Shown: in pieces, positions 11,761 to 25,358 of the stretch | Position numbering within the stretch: the first letter of the stretch is position 1 | Layout: every line of letters begins with the position of its first letter | DNA from: Octopus sinensis | Lineage: Eukaryota | DNA: 64,000 bases | Reading direction: 5' to 3' | Assembly (NCBI RefSeq): GCF_006345805.1 | Contig: NC_043012.1 | Coordinates: 7,750,001-7,814,000, forward strand | Translations under genes and position numbers: made by a program | The notes under the pieces: generated by a model | Database searches by the model: none | What the model was told of the DNA's origin: nothing | Seen by the model: only the letters and a program-made list of their open reading frames with translations

Positions 11761-14700
11761 GTTAGCCAAGCTTGCTCAAAAAGTCCTTGAATAAGCTTTG
11801 TTCAAGGATGACAAATGAAACACCTATGTTTCCAGAAATGAATTATTCAAACCCCAAAGAATTCCTCTCAATGCATGGCTATGATGCTCCCCCACTACTC
11901 CTGCTCATGATCAGAGATGCACATATCATCAGCCACCAAGGGACATGCTCAACAGGTTAAGATCAAGCAACTGACAAACAATCTGTGATATCAAGCTGAA
12001 TATTTGCTGTAACCCATCTTTTATTTCCAAGACAAAACATGTACATGATAACACTTCCAATCAGTTAAGATCAGAAGCCATGAGAGCCACTGCCTGGTAC
12101 TGCATCATGGCAGCATGGAACATGGATGTTAAATGATAATGATATTGTCTCTGTGTGTGTATGTATACATTTATCAATACAGCTGTAAACATATGTATAT
12201 ATTCATCATTACTACACTTCGTATACACGCACGCATATATATATATAAATGATTATAGGTGTAACCCTGTTGACATAGTAAACCCCTGTTTCACAAGCTA
12301 CATGCTCATATCTACAGTTGTTGTCAGTAATGAATAACTCCTATAACTTATTTAAACAGTAACTAATTCTTCACAGTCTACACCTATTTCTAGAGTTGTA
12401 TAGTGGCTGCTACATTTAATATTCTAATTGACTCCTTAACCAATTGGATGCACAAAGTGTGGGAGGATGGGGGGGGCACAATATAAAGAACTGGGTCTTG
12501 ACAATTCTCTCAGCACTCAGCATTGTACACAACTCATCTGAGACTGCCTGTATTAAGAGTCTTTTGGGCCTTCCTGTTCTAAGTTCAAATCTTGCTGAGA
12601 TCAGCTTTGTCTTTCCTATGTCCAGGGTCTATAAATTAACAGTCAAGTGTGAGGATCAACTCTGCCTGCCCTCAATCAAAACTGCTGTTTTTTATGCCTG
12701 AACTAAAAACAGTTTACTTTTTTCTTTTGTTTCTTTGGCAAGGTTATGGGTGGGGTCTCAATAATTTGATCTTTTATACAATTAATGTTTTTTTCTTTCT
12801 TTCCTTCTTGTAAAAATAATTGCAGGATTGTTTCAACAGTGGACAAAATGCCATGTTTTTTTTTTTTTTTTTTTTTTTTGGTAACTTTACGTTCTGAAAT
12901 AATCTTTGCCTTTTATCCTTTGGACGGGTTAGGGATGCTGGTGATAAAGCACCAGTTAAATACTGGGTTTGATAGCATCAACTAATACCTCTCTTTAAAA
13001 CTGCTGGTCTTGTTCCTAAATTTGAAACCATCATTAAGATGTTTTTAAGATATTTCATCTGGCACTCGCATATTTGTGGATTTTTACCAGATGAAACTAT
13101 GTTAAAAAAACTACTTTTTTTATGTCAAAATTCTAAATAGAGAAATAAAAATTTAATTACTTGTGTTAATTCTTCCCTGTTTGGAGTTGAAAACAAAAAA
13201 AGAAATTTTAATTTGCAATGGAAAAATGTTTTTGTTTTGTAAATCAGCAAAATAGCTCCAGCATTTCAAAATGCCCCTAGAGAGTTTACAGGGAAATAAA
13301 AAGAAAAAAATTGCATTCCTCAACAGAATACGTTTATTTCATTGGAGACAAATAATAATTTTGAACAATCTAGCTGACTCAAATAGAAATAGCAGCAACA
13401 CTAACAACAACTCTGATGTAACACACATTTTGTCGGGGGAAGAAATAAATGGAAAGTTTGAACTAAGAAACAGGGAGGGGGAAAAAAAAAACATTTGTAG
13501 GTTTCCTCCTTTTTTTGCTGAAGCTTCATTATGTAGATGAGCTTAAGATATAAAATATCTGATGGAGCTTTGTGACATGGGAAGGTGCAGTCATACATCA
13601 GTCCCTTATTGAACAGTGAGTAAAAATTAAAAGAAAATAATTTCTCAAAGGAAAAACCACCCAAGGATTTTTCTTATGCCTCTTATGCCCCTAAGTACCA
13701 GTTGAACACTGGTGTTGATGCAATCAATTCATCCCCTCCCCCAAAATTGCTGCCGTTGTGGCAAAATTTGAAACCATTATTATTAATATTATTATTATCA
13801 TTAAGATAGCAAGCTGGTGGTCATTAGCATACCGGGCGAAATGCTTAGTGGTATTTCATCTGTCTTCATGTTCTGAGTTCAAATGCCGCCAAGGTTGACT
13901 TTGCCTTTCATCCTTTCGGGGTCAATAAATTAAGTACCGGTGAAACACTGGGGTCGATGTAACCAACTAGACCCCCTCCCCCAAAATTTGAGGCCTTGTG
14001 CTTCCTGTAGAAAGGATAATGTAGGTAGCCCTGACAGAAATGTGAAATAGCATATTTTCTGCTAGGCAAGAAAGATATGTGCTGTAATCAAGAAGAAATT
14101 GGCTAAGCCAGTGTGTTAAGCTCCAGAAGCTAACACCACATTACTTATGGCTACACAGTAGATACTGTAAAGGGTGTTGTCAATGCTGTTGATACTTTAC
14201 TCATTGACACTTTTGTTGTGGCACAGTATAAGCGGGTGGTAAGCACCAATGTGACCAAAAACACCAAGTACTCAGATGGGGGTCTGTCTAAATATATGAC
14301 TCTTAATGACCCCCAAAGACCATACAGCAATTCTGTTGGGGATGAAGAAACAAAAGCTCAGCTTTTACACTGATGACATTTAGAGCAACTTAAGAGCTTT
14401 CTTCCCTGAGAGAAAGAGACTGCAGCAAGCCCCAGAGGATGCTGTTCCAACAGCAGCTTCGGCCTGGTAATAGCAGAGGAGATCGCCTCATCCTTGGTCT
14501 CAGAAGCTGAAATAACTCCCTGTCAGTCGTACCATCCAATCACTTTCAAGAGAATAGGAAGCATTTCAGATGGCTACAGTTACAAGAGTGTCATGTCTGT
14601 ATAAGTTGCATACAATATATATCACATGATATATTGGTTTATCAGGTTTCTTTCAATATCTATTTCTTTTATTGATATACATCAGCAAACAATATTCTCA

Positions 14701-15451
14701 TTCATTTATGATGACTTCTGCATAGTCTCCTAATTAATTTTACTCAAAGTACTGGTCAACTTAACCCCCATGGGAGAAAGAAAAAAAAAACCCATCCAGA
14801 AGAAATCTTATACTCTGGAATAGAAGCCTGCTCCCACGCTTGTCACCCAACTTTACAATGATTTGAGTAACTGCAAGCTTGCATGATTCCTGGCAAATCT
14901 AGCTACAAAAATCTACACCTCATGCTTCATAACATAGGAATACATCTGATTACATTGAAGCAGTGATTAATTTATAGTGGCATAAAGCTTGCTCAGAGAG
15001 CAGTTACCAACACTATCAGAAGCACACACTGTTTCAGTCCAGAGGCTGGATTCCTACAATACATTGCAGTATCTGTTTGGCGATTAAAATAAATGGCTTT
15101 TTCCTGGAACTGTTTCACATTACGCGCTTAGTCTCTTAAAGCTACCTTGAGACTTTTAGGGGTATCTCATTGAAACTGAGATACTGGAGACCCTTGTCTG
15201 CATACAGAAGTCAACATTTTGAAAAGAAGTGATTGGCACTTTACTAGTAAAATATGAGGAGGTTATGAAGGTACACATCATCTGGGACAAGTTAGTGGTC
15301 TTATAGCTTGGTAATTCCAAGGGGACAGTCTATGCTTCTCCATATCACTGAAAGTCCAATTAAGATGTTTAGGGCTTTGTACAGACCTGACTTCCAAGTA
15401 CATAAAATCTCTGGTTAAATACCCAGCAATAATGATAGATTTTGGCTTTAA

Positions 15452-15672
15452 TCCTTTTGCATTCAGATTACTCTGTCAAATGTAATGCTTATTCATTCAC
15501 ATTGTTTTGAATTAGTCGTGCATTATATTGTAGCTTCAAGATTTTGATCGTGTGTTGTCTGTTTTTAGAATGACACTATAGGGTAGGTGTGATAGGCCAG
15601 ATCTGGTCATTTTGAACATTAAAAACAAATAGAATATTTCAATCAGATATGGCTGGTTTAAATGCTAAAATG
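15452..15672 (+). mobile_element. TTAA-flanked (piggyBac-like) MITE, family P2
   Basis: TTAA at 15448-15451 and 15673-15676. Degenerate CCCTTTAGCATT..AATGCTAAAGGG ends. Homologous to the copies at 27755, 29638, 41898 and 48442. Confidence 0.75.
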
Positions 15673-16555
15673 TTAAACTTGTGTGATACCTGACAGATCT
15701 GTCCATAAAAACCTGCCCTTCATGCATCACCAGTAACAATGAGTTTATGGCTTTCAACTAAAATAGCCTTTGTAATACTGTAGCTTAGCTGTGGTAATAC
15801 TACATACGTGGCCATGTAAAGTTATAGTTATACTGTGAATATCACAGCTGTGGTTACTCTACATAATCTCTTCTAGTGGTGGCCTGCCCTTGAATAGGTC
15901 CTGTGCATGTAAGCCTTCTTCTGTACTCTCTAAATGACCCAGGAGGACCGGTACCCTTCCTATGCCACCACTAAAAAGATTACTGGGACTTCAGCTGCCA
16001 TGACAAGACTTAGGATTAAAACTGGAGTGGTTTCCTGTTGCCTTCTCCCCGCAGGTGGGATTTGAACTCAAAATATAAAGGGCTGGAAGATATACCATAA
16101 AGCATTCCTGCCAACATGTCAGCGATTCTGCCACTCTCCCACCCACAAAGCAATATGAAAGGAAGTGTTTTTTTGTTCAAGAACACAATGTGCTACCTGG
16201 TCTGGAATTTGAACCCATGATCCAGCAATTGTGAATGCAGTGCAACACCCTCACCACTAATCCATGCACCTTCACACACTACATAATATAGGTGTGGCTG
16301 AAGCCTATAGCTTCCACATCTGTAAGAGTTCTATGACTGCCACTGTAGCCAGTATTTACCATAATCGTGGGCTATCTTCTTTTTAACGACCGCACCTGTA
16401 CAAACTCATTCACTCAAGCTAAGGAAAAAGCTGATATGTGGTCACTCAACCTGCTAGAAAGCGCTACCAAGTCTCCTTCAAATCACACCATGTTTAAAAA
16501 AAAAAGAAAAAAGGTTAGAAGGAAATAGATGTTTGTCCTATATATATATATATAT

Positions 16556-16926
16556 TCTTTTACTTGTTTCAGTCATTTGACTGCGGCCATGCTGGAGCAC
16601 CGCCTTTAGTCAAGCAAATCGACCCCAGAACTTATTCTTTGTAAGCCCAGTACTTATTCTATCGGTCTCTTTTGCCGAACCGCTAAGTGACGGGGACGTA
16701 AACACACCAGCATCGGTTGTCAGACAATGCTAGGGGGACAAACACAGACACATACATATATACGACAGGCTTCTTTCAGTTTCCGTCTACCAAATCCACT
16801 CACAAGGCATTGGTTGGCCCGGGGCTATAGCAGAAGACACTTGCCCAAGATGCCACGCAGTGGGACTGAACCCGGAACCATGTGGTTGGATAGCAAGCTA
16901 CTTACCACACAGCCACTCCTGCGCCT
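16556..16926 (-). mobile_element. SINE family A (tRNA head, CORE-like CCTTGGGCAAGT motif, internal (TA)n/(TG)n)
   Basis: Young copy, near-identical to 21215, 44987, 49025 and 52409. Confidence 0.9.
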
Positions 16927-16945
16927 GTATGTATGTATGTATGTA

Positions 16946-16978
<33 letters not shown>

Positions 16979-17704
16979 TATGTGATATGGTCATGGCAGG
17001 AATGCATTTGAGCTGAACATCAGTCTGGGCCTAGACAACAACTACAGCAACAACCCTACCCCCTACTCATTTAACTACCACAGCTGTGCTAAGTCAAGCT
17101 TATATTTAATGCATGCTGGGTTAGAAAAGTAATTTTGCTGTCAGTGACTCAGTGTACAAATCTCTCTTTCAACTTTAACGACCAAATCAATAACAGACGC
17201 TTATTATCATCATCATTATTATTATTATTATGTTTTCGATGCATTAGTTTAGTCTTCTCACACCATAATATTTTTATCTATCAGTTTTGTCGCTGAAAGC
17301 TTTCATTTCGATTTGACTGTGGAATACTTTCAGTTTCTGTTTTTCTCTTTCTTTTTCTTTTCGTTTTTACTTATGCTTCTTTTTTTTTTTTCTTCCCTCC
17401 CACCACCACCTTTTTAATTGCACCAGTGCAACAACTAACTCTGCAGCCAGCCTTGCAAACTGCAGCAGCAGCAACAGTGGCAGTAACAACAACAGCAGCA
17501 GCAGCAGAGCTTGGCCTGCATAGTTGTTTGGCTTAGATTCAACGTTATGTAAGTCGTGAAGGAAACAGACCAAAACATATATTCTTGGCTATTAGAGAAA
17601 GGGGTGGTGGTGGTGGTGGTGGTGGTCGATAGTGGTGGTACTGGTTGGATAGGATTAGATGGATTGCTCCGTTTGGGTTGGAGGTTGGCTGGTTGGCTTG
17701 CCTA

Positions 17705-17770
17705 GCTGGATCACACACTGGTTATTGCTGGCTGGATCACACACTGGTTATTGCTGGCTGGATCACACCA
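17705..17770 (+). repeat. 26-bp minisatellite (about 2.5 copies)
   Basis: GCTGGATCACACACTGGTTATTGCTG at 17705 and 17731, partial at 17757, inside a degenerate (TGGCT/TGGAT/TGGTT)n tract. Confidence 0.85.
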
Positions 17771-18151
17771 GATTGGATTGGCAGGCTGGAGTAATTGTGA
17801 CTGGTTGGCTGGCTTGTTTAGCTGGTTGGTTGGTTGGTTGATTGGCTGGACAGATGGATGGATGGATGGATTGATCAAGCTAGCTGGGTGGCTAAGTTTG
17901 GCAGAGATTGGTTGAATGGATTGCCAGATCACACTGACTTCAGCTGTCTGGATCACTCTGACTTAGGCTTATTTTGGAAGATGGCCGACAACCTGAGGCT
18001 ATTCCGGCATTGCCTTACCTTTCTTCTCTTCACCGTCTTCATAATATCCTTTGATTAGCTTGTCTCAGTCCACAACCTGATTGTGTCACACAATACCCAT
18101 TCATTCCTTCCCTTTCCCTCTCTGTCTCTTCCAGTCTCTTCCTCCACCCAC

Positions 18152-18184
<33 letters not shown>

Positions 18185-20694
18185 CTGCAAGCAACTGGCT
18201 TACATGTTGTTGCATTAGAATCGATGCTTTCTGTCAACTGCACCACCGTCATCGCCAACACCAACAACAACCACCACCACCACCACCTCCTCCTCCTCCT
18301 CAACTATCCGTTCTTTGCTATGCCATCAACACCACCACCACCACCACCACCATCCTCACCTATGCTACCACCGTCACTACTTTCACTACTGCCACTACCA
18401 CTTATTGTACATCTAGTCCCATCTCCGACCAGACTTGTTGCTTCTTGTCCCTTTTAATACACTTAACTCTCCCTACCTATCCATTTGCTCCTTCTCTTCC
18501 TCCCACTCCTCTTTCTACATCTCACCCCTGACCTTTGCTACTTTTCAATCAAGGATGGAAAACAAGGTGGAGGTTTTTGTTTATGTTCTTATTATACTCA
18601 TCATCATCATCACCTCCATCTTTCTTACACACACACACACATACACACACACACACCTATTTAAAGCACAAACTACTTCATAACACTTTACAAGCTAAAG
18701 GGAGAGCTTTGAGCTGCTAGAAACAGAGAGTAAATGCCCTTCAAATCACGTGACCAGCTTAAGTAAGGAAAGGACACATTGGATAATTTGATATTAGACA
18801 TAACCCTAAAAAAAGAGGGAGTGGTCTTAGCTGGACTGTCTTTGATCAAATGTCTGCACTGACAGCAATGCACACCATTAACCACTACACACACACACTA
18901 CTGCACAACCACACATACATACACATATGAACACATATACCAACCACTATACACATACACTGACCACTATATGCACACACACACACACAAACAATAATTA
19001 TATACACATACCAACCACTATATATATATGCACACTAAGCACTGTGGACATGCATGTGTGCATTTGCAGACCTGTAGCTCTTTAATCAACCCCAGTGTAT
19101 GACAGGTATTTATTTTATCAGATCTGGAAGAGTGGAAGTCAAAAAAATCAACCCTGGCATGATTTGAACTCTGAACTAAAAGAAAATGTAGCGAAGTGCA
19201 GTATCATTTTGTAGGATGCTCAGCTGGCTCTGACATGTAATACTAGTCAAAATGAAATTCTAACACTGGCAATTTGAAGAGAAGGGTTAATCCATTTGTT
19301 TTTACTTGGTACTTGACCAGTGGTACTTGATCTTATTGACTCTTAGAAGAGTGAAAGGTGAAGTAGGCTGCTGCAAGATTTGAACTAAGAACATTCTTAT
19401 TGTTATTGCCTCCCAAGTTCAAATCTCAGAGGTCAGTTTTGCTTTTCATCCTTGATGGGCATGGGTCAATAAAATAAAGAAGAACCAATCAAGTATTGGG
19501 AGTTCATTTAATCAACTACCCCTCCCAGCTCCACCAATGATTTGAGTTTGTGAATTTAATTTTTTTTTTTTTTTGTAAATTTTTAGTCAGGAGGGAAAGC
19601 AATGCGCATGACATTAAGAACAATAATTATTTGATTATTATTAAGGTGGTAAACTGGTAGAATCATTAACCTGTTCGACAAAATGCTTTGCTGAATTTTG
19701 TCCAGCTTTATGTTCTAAGTTCAAATTCTGCCAAGGTTGACTTTGCCTTTCATCTTCTCAGGGTCGATAAATTAAGGACCAGTGAAACACTGGAGTCGAT
19801 GCAACCGACTAGGCCCCTTCCCCCAAAATGTCACTCCTTGTGCATTCAAAAGAAAGGATTATTATTATTAGGAGGAGGAGGAAGTTAGCTGGATACAATT
19901 GATACAACATCAGAAAAATGATTTGTGATATTTGTTGACCTACCAAGGTCAACTTAGTCTTTCATCTCTTTGATGTCCATAAAATTAAATGCCAGTAAAG
20001 CACTGGAATCATTTGTATTGACTACTCCCTCCCATTAAAACGATGGCCTTGTGCCTAAAGCAGAAATATCATCGTCATTATTGTTTTAACATCCACTTTT
20101 CCATGCTTGCATGGGTTAGACAGCATTCGTTGAGGTGTTTTATCTACAGCTGGATGCCCTTCCTTTTGTCATCCATCATTTGTTTCGAAGCAAGGTAATA
20201 TTCCTACCCGCATCCCAGTTTGGCATGTTTCCATGGAAGATTGGATGCAATTGCTATTGCTTTCCTAACAGACATTCGTTTACAACTATTGCACGATGTC
20301 AAGACAAAAAGCAGAAAAACAAACGCATATGTATGTATCTCATAATGGTCTTCCTTCAGTTTCTGTCCACCAAATTCACTCTCAGGCTAAGATTCTAGTA
20401 GAAAACACTTGCCTAAGGCGTCATGCAATGGGACTGAACCCAAAGTCACATGATTGAGGAGTAAACTTCTTGACCGCGTGGTCATTTTTGCACCTATTGT
20501 TATTAGTAGTTGAAATATTTGTATTATTAATTCTCCAAGTAGACAGAGAAAAAGCAATAGAATAAGTACCAGTTACGTACTGAGGTCCAACATATCAATT
20601 ATATCTGCTCAACCCAATATTTGTGGCTTGTGCCAATTTTAGAAATGATAATAATAATAATCATGATGATAATAATAATAATAATAATAATGAT

Positions 20695-21147
20695 AGTGCT
20701 TTCAAATATTGGCACAGGTCCAGCAACCTCAGGGGAGGGCTTAAGTCGATTACATCAACCCCAGTACTCAACTGAGACTTATTTTATTAATCCCTGAAAG
20801 GATGAAAAGTAAAGTAGACCTTGCTGGAATTTGAACTCAGAATGTGAAGATGAACGAAATGCCACTAAGCATTTTGCACAGCTTGCTAACAATTCCGCCA
20901 ACTCACCACCTTTGATGATGACGATAATAATAATCCTTTCTACTATTGGCACAAGGCCTGAAATTTGTGGGGAGGGAACTAGTTAATTACATCGATCCCA
21001 GTATTTCACTGGTACTTAATTTATCAACCCCGAAAGGATGGAAAGCAAAGTCAATATCAGCAGAATTTGAACTCAGAACATAGCGATGGGTGAAATATCG
21101 CTAAGCATTTCGTCCAGCATGCTGACAACTCTGCCAGCTCACCACCT
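20695..21147 (-). mobile_element. Two head-to-tail SINE family B variant copies joined through (AAT)n/(GAT)n tails
   Basis: The repeat body recurs at about 20695-20912 and 20915-21147. Confidence 0.8.
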
Positions 21148-21161
21148 GAATGATGATGACG

Positions 21162-21205
<44 letters not shown>

Positions 21206-21214
21206 GAAGATAAC

Positions 21215-21377
21215 AGGCGCAGGAGTGGCTGTGTGGTAAGTAGCTTGCTAACCAACCACATGGTTCCGGGTTCAGTCCCACTGCGTGGCATCTTGGGCAA
21301 GTGTCTTCTGCTATAGCCCCGGGTCGACCAATGCCTTGTGAGTGGATTTGGTAGACAGAAACTGAAAGAAGCCTGTC

Positions 21378-21427
<50 letters not shown>

Positions 21428-21612
21428 TTGTCCCCCTAGCATTGCTTGACAACCGATGCTGGTGTGTTTACGTCCCCGTCACTTAGCGGTTTGGCAAAAG
21501 AGACCGATAGAATAAGTACTGGGCTTACAAAGAATAAGTCCCGGGGTCAATTTGCTTGACTAAAGGCGGTGCTCCAGCATGGCCGCAGTCAAATGACTGA
21601 AACAAATAAAAG
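21215..21612 (+). mobile_element. SINE family A
   Basis: Runs AGGCGCAGGAGTGGCTGTGTGG...CAAATGACTGAAACAA. Confidence 0.9.
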
Positions 21613-24051
21613 AAAAAAAAGTATAAAATAATACCAGCAATTTTGAGGGGAAAATATTAGTAGATTTCCCGAACCCCTGAGGGATGAAAACAATAAATTA
21701 AAAGCCGTAACTAAATGCCACAAAGCATTTCACCTAGAATTCTAACAATTTTTTTTTAACTCTTACTGTTTTTTGGGGTTTTTTTTTAAATAAATTAACT
21801 AGAGTATGTGGGGTACTGCAGGGGGAGAGAGAGAATAGTTCTGTATCAGAATTAGGCTGGGTGTTCAATGTATAGGACATTATTGTAAAACTTCAATGGT
21901 AGATGTAGTATGGGAGAGAAGAAGGTAAAAGAAAGATAGTTGTATTGTGTGGAGAGGAAGTGATGAAGGGAGGTGGTGGGATTAATTAGTGAGAATGTAG
22001 AGAAGAGACTGTTATAGTAGTGGTTGCAGGTAAGTTTAGGAGAAGGCACAGCTCATTGGTGGCCCTGTAGGCCTTGGATGTTGATGTTGTATGCGGGCAA
22101 TGAGGAAGCTGAATGGGACATTTCTAATCAGATACTCCGAATAATTGTATGTGTGTGTGTGTGTGTCTGACATACAACTGGGTATACTACAAAGTCATTC
22201 ACTCCCTCACACACATGTGCACACACTATGCATGCTATGTGCACATTTCTTCCTCAGTGTGTGTGTTTGTGCGTATATGTGTGTGTGTGTCTTCCTCTTT
22301 CTATCTCCCTCTCTCCAGCCCATGCTGGTTTTATCACAGATGCATGGTAGTTTGTTTATGAATGTGAGTCTGTGTGGTGTATGTAGCTTGCACATGTATG
22401 TGTATGTAAACACACACACACTAAATACAACCATACTTCATTATACCTCTGCATTTCATTAACACTTTGTAGAGGTGGTGATGGAGTTGGAAATGGTGGG
22501 AGGGGGTAGGATAAGAGGATTAACTGGAAGACAAGATTGTATATTTGATTTTGACACCATCTCTATTATTGTCTAGTTTCCATTATCTCGCTCCCCCTCT
22601 TCCCTTTTTTTTGCACCATCCCACCCCTCTCTCTTTCTCTGAGTGTCTGTCTGTCTGTCTGTCTGTTTGCCTGTGTTTCTGTGGTAATATCTGGTGAGTG
22701 GGCGGGAAGATGGAGGGATGGATGGGTGGGTGGGTAGGTCTATGACTGCTGGAGGTGTGGTCAGTTGGGTGAGATATGGGGGTAGCAGATAAAATTTCAC
22801 ATAATCATGGTTTGCATTGAACTAGTGTGTACACATATTCATAGCATAGTCACCACCTGCATACATACATACATACATGGTTATATAGACACATATACAT
22901 GCCTAGACACGTATATACATATTCATAGGCACACATATACATAGACACACATACTCCACATACACGTAGACACTTACATAGACACATATATACACACATC
23001 CATATATATAGATACACATATTCATGCCCACATACATATACATGCATGCATTACACACATATACATATACATTATTAAATACATGTATATATATATGCAT
23101 ACACGCACACATACTAGTATATGTGCGTGGCTAAACATTTACACTTGTACGCATAAATATCATTCATTCTTACATAGATAAAGCATGTACAGTATTATAT
23201 ATCATCATCATCATCAGTATCATTTAGTGTCTGTTTTGCCATGTTTTCATGGGTTGGACAAGCCTCCTCCAGTACAGCTTCTCATCACTTGTCGCAGTCC
23301 TTTGTCATCTCTTTCATGAGATCAGATTTAAACTTGTAATTTATTTGAGCTGAAAAGTCACTCATATTAGATAGCGTCAATAATTTTGTGAATTATCTAA
23401 ATATCTAAAGACAAGATCAGAACTCTTTGTGAAAAGCCACCACTTCAGTAAGTACCCACTGAAGTGTTGTAGATCTACACCTGAACCAAATTTAGCACAT
23501 TAACATTCTCAACCACCACTCTCCTTCTTTAACTCTCAATCCACACTTTTACATTCTTTTGTTTTTCATTGTATCATACTTACTGCATAACATCTAAAGC
23601 AATATTTTCTACTGCTCTCCAACCGTCATATCTTTTCAGTACTTCTACATATTTTCTCAAACAATTGATAACTACTGAAATCTTTTCGACACTTTACTAA
23701 TTTTAATATTGACTTGTATATTTGTGTGTGTGTACGTGTATGCATGTGTGTAAGTGCGGTTGTGTGGTAAGAAGTTTGCTTACCAACCATATGGTTTCTA
23801 GTTCAGTCTGACTGTGTGGCACCTTATGCAAGTGTCTTCTATTATAACCCTGAGCCTGCCAAAACCTAAGTGACTGGATTTGGTTGATAGAAACCAAAAG
23901 AAACTTGTGTGTGTGTACATGTATTAACCTCTCCTTCCTTTGACATTACATGATGGTTGTAAATGAGTGTCACCTTCATGCAAGCGATTTCCTTTATGTT
24001 CAGTCTTTTATAAAAACATGTCTGGTCATGGGGAAATATTGTATTACCAGG

Positions 24052-24571
24052 AAATTTGCGATTGCTTTCGGACAATTCATGAGGCACCCATTTTCCAAAT
24101 TTAGGAACCTTTCCAAGTTGTTGAAGATGACATTGAACAGTTGTATGGTTTGAACTAAGTTTTATTGCCAATTCTTCAACTGGTAGTGTAGCATTTTCTT
24201 CAAGTAATACCTCAAGGAGCTTATCATCAAACTCAACTGGATGTCCTGTTCGATCTTCATCTTCAAGGCTGAAATCTTCACTTCTGAATTTTACAAACCA
24301 TCTTCTGCAAGTTCTTTCATTCAAACATTCTTTCCCATAAACTGAGTGTATGTTTCGAGTCACTTCAGCTGCAGAGTTTCCTTTTTTGTACTCTTAAGCA
24401 TTATGCGCCTCAAATGCTCTTTGGATACTTCCATGTTAGAAAGGGTTTTAATCAAAGAAATTTTAATTATATTATTCTATAAAATAATATTCAATTAGTT
24501 TAAATGTGCATGAATGCATAAAAATAATTTTAAAAAAGGTAAAATCGGACAGAACTTATGGGATGACCTGA
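24052..24571 (-). mobile_element. Mariner transposon, 5' fragment (pseudo-transposase)
   Basis: Terminal repeat TCAGGTCATCCCATAAGTTCTGTCCG next to TA (24572-24573). ATG at 24434, then frameshifted MEVSKEHLRRIML/…RNIHSVYGKECLNERTCRRWFVKFRSEDFSLEDEDRTG…GKWVPHELSESNRK (HTH region and WVPHEL motif). The catalytic domain is absent. Confidence 0.92.
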
Positions 24572-25132
24572 TATATATGAAGCTGTTTGTTAATCTATAC
24601 TTGATTAACGTAGTTAATTCTGTCTGACCCATGCAAGTATGGAAAAATGAATGTTAAATGATGATGATGATGCTTTTGTGTTTATCTTATTTCTTCCCCC
24701 CCCCCACTGTCACCCTCCATGTCTTCTGTGTTTTTCCCCTTCCTCTCTCCTTCCCTTGTTCAAACTCTACTCTCCACCATCTGTTGATCCTTTACATTTA
24801 TCAATCTTCACCGTAACCTACTTTAAACAAAGTGTTCTTTTACACCAACTGACAGTGATTAAATTACAGTAAGTTGTCACCAATAAATAAGACCTGGACA
24901 GTCATATCTTTTGTTTTTATCTTGACTTCATTTCAGTCAGTTGGATTGTGGCCATGCTGGGGCACTACTTTAAAGGGTTTAGTCAAACAAATTGACCTCA
25001 ATACTCTTTTTTTTTTTTTGCTTGTTTCTTTAAACCTTTTGCAAACGACTTAGTTTCAAGGATGTAAACAAACCAACAAATGTCAAATGGTGTTAGGTGA
25101 TACATGCACACACACAACCGGCTTCAGTTTCT

Positions 25133-25358
25133 TATTTCTTTATTGCCCACAAGGGGCTAAACATAGAGGGGACAAACAAGGACACACAAACGGATTAAGT
25201 CGATTACATCAACCCCAGTGCATGACTGGTACTTAATTTATCGACCCCGAAAGGATGAAAAGCAAAGTCAACCTCAGCGGAATTTGAACTCAGAACATAG
25301 CGGCAGACGAAATACCGCTAAGCATTTCGCCTGGCATGCTAACGTTTCTGTCATCTCG
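25133..25358 (-). mobile_element. SINE family B1 nested in an older family A copy
   Basis: 15-bp TSD CCGGCTTCAGTTTCT at 25118-25132 and 25359-25373. Confidence 0.9.

Noticed and set aside
17367-17573. Minus-strand poly-Leu ORF resembling a signal or transmembrane peptide
   Set aside because: It is the antisense reading of a (CAG/CAA)n tract.
21960-22035. Perfect donor CAG|GTAAGT at 22030
   Set aside because: No convincing acceptor or meaningful frame upstream.
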